Made by a program: the position numbers and the translations under genes. From assembly GCF_964355755.1 (NCBI RefSeq), contig NC_092672.1:992001-1056000 (forward strand): a DNA stretch of 64,000 nt. Direction: 5' to 3'. Under the pieces are notes generated by a model that was not told the DNA's origin, did not search any database, and saw nothing but the letters and a program-made list of their open reading frames with translations. Below are positions 22,201 through 34,700 of the stretch, piece by piece. Position 1 is the first letter of the stretch. Each line of letters begins with the position of its first letter. This stretch comes from Antedon mediterranea. Lineage: Eukaryota > Animalia > Echinodermata.

Positions 22201-25200
22201 AAGGCCCATTTACACTACACTAGGACAATAAGATCAACTGGACTACACAAGCCAGCCTAAAGGCCCATTTACACTAGGACAATAACTATCAACGAGAATA
22301 GATAAACATACATTCTTCTTCTCATTCTTACATACAGTGAACCAAAAGAAAATAGAAAGGCTTTCATTCTAGAACTATTATAGTGTGACAGTGGCTGTGT
22401 TTGTGTGGACTAGTACACCGAGGTAACACCCTACTCGTCTCGAAAGATGTACTCGGTTCTTTAAAGTGCACATGAGCTATGTGTACACTGGACCTACGAG
22501 AAGACTCGTTCTACCATGGAACGAGTGAGCCTCGAACCCTTGCCGATTTTATGGCTACATAATTACGGTTCCATCTTAACCGCTCGGCTACTTACTTGCT
22601 ACTACTCACATCATTATTGAGTCACTTTAAGTCACTACTCAAAATTCACCTTTTCTGATTTTTTTTTTACAGCGCCATGAGCAATGAATGTTGGAATGGC
22701 GCTATATAAATCGAACGATTGATTGATTGATTGCTAAAGTCCTATTATATAATTAAAGGATGAAAAATTTTTCAATTTCTTTTGTTTTATGCATGAAAAA
22801 TACATATTTATCTAATTATTGTGTATTTTTATCTTTCTAGTATAAATGGGCCTTAAAATAGTAAACTTTATTAACTGACTGATGTTAAATGTTTGCTGGC
22901 TGGTATTGCCTGACCGCTTTCGTTTGATGCTATTGATGTGACTTTACTGTCAGAAATTCAACAGGATTTGCAATGTAAAAAAAGTCCTACTAAATAAATA
23001 TTGTAATCTACAGTAGTACTATATTGATTTGACCGGCAATACATTTTATATAGTTCAATAATGAAAGTACAAAAAACAGTTAGACTTAAATGGGGAATAC
23101 CCTTTTGTTGTATAGAGTTGACGTTTTTTGCAAATGAATTTCCTTCACATAATTGACCACAAGCAATCAACTTGAATCAACTCATACACCATTGACCTTT
23201 CTCACTAGTAAGACGACAGATTTTAAACCATTTTCTATAGAGTACCTGAACTGTATTTCCACCATACTTGGCAAAATGCCAAGTATATTGTTTTTCTATT
23301 TATTTTTTGTTTATTGGTTTGTACAAACTATGTCATGAAGTAGTGGACTTAGAAGCCACTCCCTAATTAGATTATTAATGTCCACAATTTTAAGTTTAAT
23401 CTGTAGACCTATATACAACATGGATTGACATATTAAATAGCACGCCCTCTGCCGTTCTATGAATTTTGACAAGTATTGATTAAATGTATTTTATCAATTT
23501 ACAAGAAAATATTTTGATTTACGGACTAGTTAACTTTATAATAGTGTTGCAATAAATCAAACACATAAGTGTACCATATACATAAAGAACTTTACCAAAA
23601 TCAGAGTCATAAATCTAAGGTTCTGTCTACACCATAAAACTAAATGTGATGTGTCCAAATATAGCAGTGATATGCTCAAATATATAGTAGTGATATGCCC
23701 AAATATGGTAGTGATTGACATCATGTCCATAATAGGCACATATCACATAAAGTTTGGTAGTGTAGACAGAGCTTAAGCCTTTTATTTATTGCAACACAAC
23801 CATACATTGGTTTGAAAACTAAAAATGCAAGACGGCATCAAATTAAGCAACAAATAGTGCAACTTACCATAAGTATTCCAGATTCATAGTCATTGTCATT
23901 CACCAATCTGGTGGTACACATTTGATTAAATTTTAAATCTAAAAAATAAGAAAAACAATATTTTCATTTATCGAGGAATTTTGCTATTTCCTGTTTTACT
24001 TCAATATGTAAAATATGTCATTGAATAGCGCTTTGAATAGCGCATTGATAGCATTGAATAGTGTATTGAATATGTACAGAGCATAGAATATGTGCAGCAC
24101 ACATTAAGAGCATGCTTATATCTGCTATATAAGAATACAGAATTATTTTCATCAAACAATCATTAATGTTATACAATAAAACATAATCATTTTCCTGTTT
24201 TTAATGCTATAACACTGACAGTACATGTTGACAACAGAATTTGTTGAAATGAAAAGGCAAATTACTAAAAAAGAAATGACAATGATACATGTGTGCATCA
24301 GTGGAGACACAAATTAAATAAGCATAAAGCGATTAATCAAAACGATAAAGAAAGAAATTGAAGAGATTTCGGGTAACACTAACCCTTTCTCATGAACACA
24401 AATTATATAAATAAATAACAAAAAAAAAGTAAGAGGACAACCTTTTAAGCTCAAAAGCTTGTTTCCACAGAGTTTTGATTATATTGTCACAAAATCTTTA
24501 CAATTTGACTATTCTTACCTTTAAATTTGTTGAGACAGCCTAGGCAGTCAGTTCTTTGACAACCCCAATACATGTGACAAAAATATAGATGACAATTACT
24601 ACCTAAAAATAAATAATAATTAACATTATGAGCTAATAAGCTTTTTGGGCTATCCTGGAAAATCTTAAATTATAAATGTATTTATTTGTAATGTCAGTAT
24701 TTTATGTTTATTTGTATGTATTTTTATGATGATTTTCCTAATAAATTCAAATCAAATCATTTCATGTGTAACAATGTAAAGTTGTCTCAACCAACAATCC
24801 TGCTTGATGAAGTGTCTACAGCTAGATATGATTTAAGCTGTCTACACTATCAAACTGTTTGTCAATGTGATGTGCCCATATACGGACATAGGGAGCCTCC
24901 AATTTTGTAACGATCTAAGACCTTTACGTCACTTTAATTCATTGTGCCTCCTAGATTCCCCCACCCAGTTATGGTGGTTTCTAGGCCTAGGCAATAACCT
25001 AGCATAGGCAATTACTTAGGCAATAACCTAGCGTAGGCAACTGCCTAGGCCTAGGCAATAACCTAGCGTATGCAACTACCTAGGCCTAGGCAATAACCTA
25101 GCGTATGCAACTACCTAGGCCTAGGCAATAACCTAGCGTAGGCAACTACAGGTACCTAGGCAATAACCTTGCGTAGGCAACTACTTAGGCCTAGGCAATA

Positions 25201-28200
25201 GCCTAGCGTAGGCAACTACTTAGGCCTAGGCAATAACCTAGCGTAGGCAACTACTTAGGCCTAGGCAATAGCCTAGCGTAGGCAACTACTTAGGCCTAGG
25301 CAATAGCTTAGCGTAGGTGACAACCTAGGCATATGCCGCAATCAAAACCTCAAATTACAATCTGGTATACAATACTTACAAGATTGCCGTGGCAATGGTA
25401 TATCAACACTAGCCAGTCTACGATCTGGAAAGGGATCTCCACAACAACCACAAACTAGATGGTTAGAGAACGGCGCACAAGAATATGGTGGAGGCGTAGG
25501 CATGGGTACAGCTATTCCATGTGAGGTCATCTTACTCCTCTGAACTAAAGTTGGTACCAATTGCACAGTGCTAAATGAGGATAATTGGCTTAAGTTGTAA
25601 TCCAAACATTGTCTACACGTTGGTCTGCAAATAGAAGAGAATAACAAGTGAGAAAAAATAGTAAAAAGACATAAGATGACCGATTTAGACTTTAACTTTC
25701 TCCAAAAAAAAAACATTAAAGCTACTCACAAAAGGCCTTCGTCAGAGTCGGAATCATCACTACTATTTGTTCCAAAACTGGAATCAAGAAAACTAAAACT
25801 GCTTTGTACTGGTTTCTTGTAAACCTAAAAACACAATAGAACAGTTTAAATTGTTTTTAAATATTTTCAATTTCTATTTTCTTTTTTAAACCGATAAAAA
25901 TGACTTATAATTTAATTTATTTCAGAGATTAGCTCAAAATCCTAATACTTTGAATGTTTATGATATTATTGATATTTTATTAAATAATTTATCAATTTTT
26001 AGATCTGAGATTGTAAAAGTTGTTTAATGCTTATTTTGTTCTTTGTTTTGTTTTATCTCAGCCTGTTAGGTTTTTATCTCTGTTTGTTGTGAATTGAATA
26101 AAATAGAAATTTATATATTATATTGTATCAAGAAAAAAACCTGTTTATACTTGTTTCCTACTGTAGACAACAATTTGAGAGAGAGACATCATCAAAACTG
26201 TTTAATAATTATTCACATGTAAATCATTCGTTGATTGCTAGTGTAAACCAGGCTTAATAGAGGAATGTCACCCTGGCAATATGTTCCTTTATACTGCACT
26301 ACAACCAGCTTCTATTCACTATCTAAATTCCCCCTATTTCATCTTACCATATCGTGAGTTATCAGATTTTTTGCATCCATTTCTTTAATTTCTTCCTCAG
26401 TTCTTTTTTTTTCTGTAAAAAAAAAGAAATTTCATCTGTAGTTGCCGTAATAGTAGAGACCATGAAGGGAACTGTTTACTATGATGTTGGAAAAAGATTG
26501 TTTTGAAAACGTCTCCATGACTGTAATATTAATTTAAAATAATTCACTCCAACTTACCAGGATGATTCTTTAAATAGACTTCTACTAGATTCTTTACAAT
26601 GTGATTGTAACTGATTCTATCTACATTAGTGCGGCACTAACAAAAAGAAACAACAACACATTATATATTTGCAGTAAATAATAAATTAAAAACAATGACA
26701 TTCGTGTTGGAATAGCTTTGGGTTTGTCTAATCTATCATAATTGAAGTTAAGTATAGTTCAGTATACCTGAAAAACAAGTTTTAACTCAATTCAAAATAT
26801 CTGTATTCATCCCTCGAGTAGAAGGAAAGGATTACATCATTTGTTTGAAGTCTTGTTCTTCTCTTGGAGGGAAAAATGCCAATGTCGGTTTATCCAGGTA
26901 AGATAGGCACGTGTACTTACTGTAGGGCATTCCTTGGAATTAGACATCCATGATGAATAACAGGCTGCACAAAATGTATGCATACACGGCTGCAAGCTAA
27001 AGAAGGGAAACAAAAACTAAAATAAAACCTAAGCAAATTACTGAAAACCAACTGGGCTGCGAACGTTTCTATAAAATACATAAACGATACTAAACGACAT
27101 GTAAAGCTCTGTCTACATATATATAGTGATATGCCCAAGTATGGTAGGGATATGATGTCATCATGTCTATATATGGGCACATCACATAAAGTTTGATAGC
27201 CCTGTTTACACTATCAAACTTTATGTGACAACAAAATGTGATGTGCCATATATGGACATGATGATGTCATATAGTTTTAATTTTAATTTTTAAAATACAG
27301 TACAATGCAATTTACCTGACTGCATTGTGTAGAATGTCCTGACAAATACTACAGAGCAGAGTCTCTTCCATGTCATCTCGTTTGTTGTCAGTTGATGGAC
27401 CAGCTTTACTGGTGTCAACAACATCTGGCAAACCAGAGTGTCTTTCATCAGATGTAGAGGGATCACCAGATGGAGCAACCTTTGTGATCTGGATGTTTTT
27501 GGAGGTTGTCTGGACATCAGACAGGCTTTCACAAGATGTTTTTCTGGCCTTACTCAATACAACTCTTGAAGTTGTCTGGTCACGTTTTAGTTCCTCACTT
27601 GTTTCTGGTTCTGCAGCCTCTTCTTTTGAGTCATCCAATTTAACTCTCTTAGCTGCTGGAGGGTCATGTGACTCAATATTTTGGCTAGATGCCAAAATGT
27701 TGTATTCTAATGTACAGTCTGTTAAAAAAAAACAATAATTACAAAAATGTTACGGAATGTGAATGTATGTTTGTTTCATTTATTATGCAAAGTTTGCATG
27801 TAAACTTAGCAATAGATTTAGAAAGAAAACTTAGCTTATACATTTAGTATGAAAACTTAGCATGCAAACATAGTATGAAAACTTAGCATGCAAACATAGT
27901 ATGAAAACTTAGCATGCAAACATAGTATGAAAACTTAGCATGCAAACATAGTATGAAAACTTAGCATGCAAACATAGTATGAAAACTTAGCATGCAAACA
28001 TAGTATGAAAACTTAGCATGCAAACATAGTATGAAAACTTAGCATGCAAACATAGTATGAAAACTAATTTGACGTGATGTACCCACATATAATATGACAT
28101 CATCATGTCTATATATGGGCACATCACATTTTGTTGTCACATAAAGTTTGAAAAACTTAAAATGCAAACTTAGTGTGAAAACTTAGCATGCAAACTTAGC

Positions 28201-31200
28201 ATATGTAATGACCTGTTCTCTGGAGGTCACTACTGTCATTCTCCAGTTCCTTTTGAAGTTCCAAAGAGTCTTGGTAAAGAAAAGCTACATCTGGAAAAAT
28301 AAAAGTTATTGTTCAAAGATTTGCATGGCAAATAAAAACAAGTAAAGTTAGGTTTGCAGACTTACATCATTTTTCTAAAAAGGACAATACAGTAGTTGAG
28401 AATGTCTAAAGTTTTATGTGACATCAAATCAAAACTTTATGTGACAAAAAATTTGATGTGCCTATATATCAAGTCAAGTCAAGTCAAGTATCATTTATTA
28501 TCATTTGTTTTAGGAAAAACATAGAAATTCTGTTTGCTCTGTTGGCGGAGCACAATATCCAACGGACACAACACGTACTCAAAAACAAAAACATTACAAA
28601 AAAGTGTCTAAATTATGTTTAAGGCTCTAATAGCTCCTGGAAAGATACTATTTGTAAATCGTGCCTTATTGGCCTTAATAGAACGCAATCGCCGACCGCT
28701 GCGCATCAACTGGAACATACTAGAGGCCGGATGAAATTGATCATCTTTGATAGCCACTGCCTTTTTCAGAAGACGATCCGAAAATATGTTCTCCAAAGGC
28801 AGTTGTGCAGATCCAATTATACGCGATGCGGTCTTGACTATTCTATTTAGGTCACGCTTTTCATTTTCGGTAGCGCTACCGAACCATACCGTTAAAGAAT
28901 ACGTTATTACACTCTGGACATGATGATGTCATTACCATATTTAAGAATATCATTACTAAATCTGGGCACATCACATTTTTTGTAAAACTAGTTTGATAGT
29001 GTAGAGAGCTTTAGGTTTATATGATTTCATTCAAATATAATCAGTGGTTTTTGGAAAATAATCTGCATTATTTTGAATACTTACTGCATTCAGAGTCAGT
29101 CTTCTTGAAAACAATGTAAACTTCATCACCATGTTTTAACTTGTATTTCTAAATCAATTAAAGAAAAAAACTAATTTTATATTATAAATAGAAATTTCAA
29201 CTAAATTCAATGTCAGACAAATTGATATTATTGCAGTTTTTTCAATACTGTAAATTTTCTCCCCATATTTTAACTTGTATTTCTGAAATTAATTTTTAAA
29301 AAGTAATATTGTATTGGTTTGTATAAACAAAAATGTCAACAAAATTCATCAGATCAATTAATAGATTATATTTGTATTATTGTAGGTAAATAGTTACTGT
29401 TTTAGCAGGTATGACTAAAGACCACTGTACCTGTCCTTTAGTGATTTGTATCTCCTGGTTGATTGTTGTACCATTTGTGCTGTAAATATAAACATGTTTT
29501 ATTAAGTACAACAATTTTTGTTAATTCTGGAAGATATGATGTTTCTGTTAGTTTCTTTGCTGTTTTATAATGTTGTATTTGTTATCGGAGGCACCTTGAA
29601 GCTAAGGTGGTTCCACCTTTTGAGGCACCTGTGTAAAATAGTGACTAAAAAAAATATATTCATATAATATATATTTGGTGGCTTATCCTTGGTTCCCACA
29701 TAACACAAGGATTAACAGTAATTGACGTGAAGGATCACTTTTGATTGTCAAATCACTGGTGTGAACCAAACTTTAAGTTATGTTACGTTGCCGTTTTTTG
29801 TTTAATAAAAAAAAGTGCCGATATTAGTGCTGATACCAATATGTGATAGATATCATCATGTCCATATCAGCATGTACCTCACTTTATTTTTATTGAACAC
29901 AACAGCTCTGTAATGTAACTTAAAGCTTGGTTCCCATGAACTGTGTAAACAGAGCTTAAAGCTCAGGTACAGGCATGAATTTTAAATATAATATTTGGTT
30001 AATTGTACATAAATCAAATATTTGTAACAGAAATCAAGACGAAAAAACATCAATTTCCCGTAATATGGTCAAATACAAAATTTGGCAAAATTCTTCCATA
30101 AAAACCAGGATAATTTTTTTTCAGTAGTTTAGGTAGTTAACCTAATGTAATAACATGTCTGGTGACTCCCTAGACGGTGAAAAAAGGTGGTGGATATACA
30201 GTGGATAATTTTTGCTATAGCATGAAAATAAAAATCTGAAGTTGAATAAAAATATCAGAAATGTAATATTTAAGTTATATTACCTATATTTAGTCATCTG
30301 ATAACATTTTTTACCACACCGTTTATTTTTCATAGCTTTTTAAAACGCCTCTTTATTTACAAAATTTGTGTACAAAAGAATAGAGATTTTACTGTGTAAT
30401 TTGAACTATCCCCCCACTGATTAGAAAGTGCTTATTTTCAACAAGCTCGTGTAACACAAATAAAATCCCAAAAATTATGAAACATAGGGGAAACTATAGA
30501 TCGATAATTATTGGAATGTATGATCAATAGAAATTTTTTGCCCGCACCTGGCCTTTAAATGGGATTGTCTCCCGTTCTGAGTGTAGCATTATCCTGATTG
30601 TCTTTCCAAAATATTCAATGATAAAATTAAACAATGCATAATTTTCACATTTTGTAACTTGTTTTCAGGTGTAATGTTTATTCTGGTACCTGTTATCTTG
30701 TAACCAAACTTCATTGTCAGCACCTTTTGTAATACAACAATGATGGCTGGAAATGTGATGATTACCTCGTATGCACAGATTGCAATCTGGAGAAAAAGAT
30801 TCATTCTTAAGTTATTGATTTAATTTTGATATTAAAATAATAAATAATAGGCCTAGGCCTAATTAAAATAAAATATGCAACAATCAATCCTGTATCATAC
30901 AGTGTATGTATATATATATATATTAACTTATTTATTGAACAATTAGTAATTACCTCTCCTCTCACTCAATACAATACAATGGCCAAAAGTTAGTCAACAT
31001 TGGCATGTGTCCTGGCCTGGGTATACAATGGGCCTAGCCTACTACTAGCTAGGCTCAGACGGACTCGGCCTCTCTACTACTACTACTAGTCCTAGCCTAG
31101 TAGTACTACTACTAGGCGTAGCTACCCTCTCAGCAGGCTCTCTCAGTAGTAGTACTAGCCTAGCCTGGCCCTTCCTTGTTGTAGCCTAGGCCTACCGATA

Positions 31201-31375
31201 CGACCAACTATACTAGCTAGGTTAGGCCTAGCCTAGCTAGCTTTATTGTTAGCTTACGTAATAGTTTACCTTTGGATCGACCGATAGTAAAAGATTCTGT
31301 ACTGATGTATGAAATAGGAGTATCCACGTCAGTAGAACAAACTAATTGGGCCCAGCTAGTTTTATTTTCGTCCAT
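19204..31375 (-). CDS. CHFR: E3 ubiquitin-protein ligase CHFR (FHA, RING, Cys-rich, PBZ); 16 coding exons
   Basis: Exons 31375-31270, 30786-30690, 29479-29431, 29148-29085, 28290-28213, 27718-27316, 26996-26921, 26636-26558, 26412-26348, 25824-25730, 25624-25380, 24602-24519, 23938-23868, 20472-20274, 19407-19332, 19240-19204, all GT-AG and in phase. FHA: FTIGR..ISSHHC..LQDNSTNGT..LKHGD. RING: CSICQDILHNAVSLQPCMHTFCAACYSSWMSNSKECPTCR. Cys-rich: CGCCGDPFPDR, FCHMYWGC. PBZ: RPNCYWGKNCKTQTKKPHHARNFNHICEQTRH*. Confidence 0.96.
20871..21345. mobile_element. MITE family 2 copy split by a SINE insertion
   Basis: Left arm 20871-~20978 and right arm ~21282-21345 flank the SINE. Confidence 0.75.
20981..21281 (+). 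mobile_element. tRNA-derived SINE (~300 bp)
   Basis: A-box-like TGGCTTGGTGG, B-box GGTTCAAGTCC and A-rich tail AATAAAACATAAAACATA. Body motif ACAACTC(C)ACTCCCAAAGACTT recurs inverted near 42650. Confidence 0.7.
22400..22595 (-). mobile_element. tRNA-derived SINE fragment (second family)
   Basis: Reverse complement begins TAGCCGAGCGGTTAAG (A-box) and contains GGTTCGAGGCTC (B-box). A separate retroposon-like tail GCGCTATATAAAT-(GATT)n lies at ~22670-22735. Confidence 0.55.
23618..23775. mobile_element. MITE family 2 copy
   Basis: Ends TTCTGTCTACACCATAAAAC and GTTTGGTAGTGTAGACAGAGCTTAA. Confidence 0.8.
24985..25330. repeat. ~34-bp minisatellite (GGCCTAGGCAATAACCTAGCGTAGGCAACTACTTA), about 10 copies
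   Basis: Directly visible in a CHFR intron. Confidence 0.9.
27102..27275. mobile_element. Two adjacent partial MITE family 2 copies
   Basis: TAAAGCTCTGTCTACA...CACATAAAGTTTGATAG followed by TACACTATCAAACTTTATGTGAC...GATGATGTCATAT. Confidence 0.7.
27845..28065. repeat. 26-bp minisatellite (TAGTATGAAAACTTAGCATGCAAACA), about 8.5 copies
   Basis: Directly visible, near-perfect units. Confidence 0.95.
28470..28914 (-). mobile_element. 5'-truncated non-LTR retrotransposon (Rex1/Babar-like, CR1/L2 group) nested in a MITE family 2 copy (~28430-29013)
   Basis: Minus frame SVITYSLTVWFGSATENEKRDLNRIVKTASRIIG...HPASSMFQLMRSGRRLRSIKANKARFTNSIFPGAIRALN is the typical ORF2 C-terminus. 3' tail is (CTTGA)n. 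The MITE sequence GTGCCTATATAT resumes as GGACATGATGATGTC on the other side. Confidence 0.85.
29957..30558. mobile_element. Non-autonomous DNA transposon, TTAA-flanked (Kolobok-like)
   Basis: TTAA-AGCTCAGGTACAGGCA ... TGCCCGCACCTGGCCT-TTAA: imperfect TIRs bounded by TTAA. Confidence 0.55.
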
Positions 31376-31744
31376 CTTCTTTTCACACGTACGTCGTCCA
31401 GTCTTGTCATGTTGTTTTCTTCGTCATGCATGATCAATCTCTCTACTAACTTGAGGTCGCACTGGTGGTAATTGTAAACATTGATTTTTTGGTCGACCAT
31501 CATCGATCGTTGAGCAAAGATTGTATAGCGCCGCTACGCGGCGCTATACAATCTTTGGTTTGAGTGCCCGGAGGTACGTTGGAGCTAGAAAAGTTAGCGT
31601 CCGTTGTCAAGGAAAATAAAGTGACGTTTGTCACGTAGTTATGTCATTCGATCCACTTATACATCACCTGTCGACGTATGCAAAGATTTGGAATTGTGAC
31701 CAACCGGAATTCTATTTACATTTAATCAAATTTACTCAATTAAA
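31376..31744. promoter_or_regulatory. Bidirectional promoter region between CHFR and the WD40 gene
   Basis: Divergent ATGs at 31375 (-) and 31745 (+), 370 bp apart. Locally CpG-rich; contains a perfect 20-bp-arm palindrome at 31515-31557. Confidence 0.75.
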
Positions 31745-34700
31745 ATGTTTGCACTTGCAGGAGTGACGGGAGCTGGAGTGGCCCGAAACCATCCTCGCTC
31801 CGCCGGCAGTGAGATGTCTTCCACACCTCGGAGCAGCAGTGTACTCAGCATTCCAGCTAGCCTACGAAGTGAAGTTATAAATTCTGAAAGGAGGGGGAAA
31901 AGAAAAGACCCAGTGGCGGAAGGGAACATGCGAATTTTATCAGTGGTGTAAGTATCGATTTTAAATTACGGTTTTACCCTTCCAAGCTGTAGAGGCTTAA
32001 TTTGCATGTTTTGAATGTAACTTGGAACAAGATAGAAATCTAATTAGGCCCAGGCCTATCCGTCTTTAAACTTTAGTGCACAATATTTGTGAACTGTGCT
32101 TTATGGCTAATATTCTATTATTTACAGAGAGTGCCATGAAACCATAATGTGCTGTAAATACAATGAAATGGGGAAGTTGCTGGCCGTAGGATTTGTAGAT
32201 GGATCAATAAAGGTAACAAGTAAAATAAGAAAGTAATATGTCTGAGAAACGACAACAATAATCATTGGTTGAAGATAATAACACTAAAGATTAAATCTCA
32301 GTTGTTGCGAAAGTGTAGTAGCACCAAAAAATCTATATATCTGTCTGTATACAGATTATTTGATTATTAAGAATTAAAAATGTGTTTTTTTTCTGCCTGA
32401 AGCTAATATGAAAATTAGCTATTTTCTTAAATTTAAATTCTACATGTAAAATTAACAGATCGCACAAAATGAATTATAAGCGAGTTTCCCCCACGAAGAA
32501 AGAGAAAAAAAAATTAGTTATTCACATTTTAACTTATTGTTATATTTTGGTTCTCTGAAGGTCGTCTATTGATTCAAAGCAGCTGGGTGAAAACGACGGA
32601 TGAATAGGGGAAACCATAGCACTACAGCATCACACATCCCCACACATCACACATCACACATCCCCACACATTGTTTGTAAATGTCATTCCAACCTTGCAA
32701 GTACTCCGTTAGTAAGGCAACGTTGAATGGGCTGTTAAAACTTAGACATAATTTAGATATCTCTCCTTGTGATTGTAGGAAAGTAAAAATATTCAACCAA
32801 TAAAATACCAATATGTTTGCTAATGAATGTACATGCACAATAATTAATTCAATAGTTAATTTAACCATCAACCAATTTTATTTTAATTTAAAATTTAAAT
32901 TGATATGAGTATTTTTTTCTTTAATCAATTTGTTTTATTAAAATTTTTATTACAGTATATTTTGACTTAAACAAAAATGTTTTTGGGCGGATTAATTTCC
33001 TATCAATGTTTATTAAACTGGAATGCATCCAAATCTACTCCCAGAGTGAGCTGTAGCACATGTGAATCTACTCCCAGAGTGAGCTGTAGCACATGTGAAT
33101 CTACTCCCAGAGTGAGCTGTAGCACATGTGAACTTAAACCTTCCTAAATAAAAAAAAAAAGAGTCCTCACAAAATTCTTTCCTAAAATGCCTATCATATG
33201 TCTTCGGAACAATCATATTGTAGAAAATGATAATTATAACATGAAAACTCTTTCATGTTATAATCAAAATTGTTCTACAATTTGTCAATTCTACCTCGGA
33301 GTAATAATTTAGCCTACTCCATGATCCTACAGTGTGTATACAATAGCCATTGTACTTTAACAAATAATGAAATTTATACCTCCATGTTGAAAATTAAATT
33401 CTACACTAAGTTGGTCTGTAAACACTAACTTGATGATCAAGTTAGTGTTTACAGACCAACTTAGTGATGGGGATCATGCGACGGACTGCAGCCATGTATA
33501 TGGTCTTGTTTTTATACAAGAGCCATTGTACTTTAACATTACAAATAGTGAAATTTATACCTCCATGGTAAAAATTAATTTTCAATCATTATATTGCAAG
33601 ACTTGGGAGGCCTAGAGTTCCTTACACTTTTTAAACCTCAATCACTAAGGTTATATTTTCAAATAGACTATAATAATCTTCATGTTTTCTTTCCACAATT
33701 CCTTTGTACAGGTGTTGTTTATTGTGCATTCTCATCAATCATATTCTGTATTCCTACCCCATGCATGTGGATGGTTTATGGTGTTATTGAAGTAAATACT
33801 TTATAAATAGGTCACTATTGTTGCAGAATGATGTCATCAATATTTAGTGCCTCATCTGAGGACTGAATTCCATCAACAACACAACTTATTAACTTATTAC
33901 TGATGATCATTAATTATCCTCAGCCATAATGTCTAGCCCAACCCCCCCCCCCCCCCCCAACATGAAATGAAGAAGATTCCTGTATTTTATCTCTGCTACT
34001 TCTGAAGGAGACATTGGAAAAAGCACAATAGTGCCTGATAAATAACTCTGTCTACACTATCAAACATTGTGACAAAAAAAATGTGATGATGTGTCCATAT
34101 ATGGACATGATGACGTCATATTACTACCATTATTTTGGCACATCACACTTGTTTTGTCACATAAAGTTTGATAATGTAGACTGAGCTTTAAAGATTTTCA
34201 GCATGGAACACTTCATGTTCATTTATAAAGAAAAGCAATTTTAATTTTTTTGAATAATTTGCACATTTCCAATCATTTCAACTCATTAATAGTGAATACT
34301 TTATGAATCAAATTACCATACATTTTATTTCAAAATGTGCTCTTATACATTGTTCTCAATTGATGTAGTTTTAAGCAGAAAATAAACCAACCAAAAACAG
34401 TCTTGCCACAGACACGATAACCTTTGTACACACTCTTCACTGTCTATCCAACTGACCAATGCTGTTGATTGATAGATAGCCATCAACTACTACAATAATG
34501 ACACTTATTGATTTTATGTCAAATGATTGATTAATTAAATATCAACAAATTCAGAGACCTTTGTGTTTTTTTTGGTTTAAAATTCATAAATTGAGTGTTT
34601 GCAATACGTCTAAAGATAAATGATGTTGTTTGATGCTGTTTGACAGGTATATTCAGGAGAGACAGGATCAATCTTATACAGCCTAGGTGATCACAATACC

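Noticed and set aside
21716-23340. Nested gene in CHFR intron 13 (short ORFs and exon-like segments)
   Set aside because: No recognisable motifs, incompatible phases and frequent stops.
27370-27738. Plus-strand 122-aa ORF
   Set aside because: Antisense shadow of CHFR exon 6.
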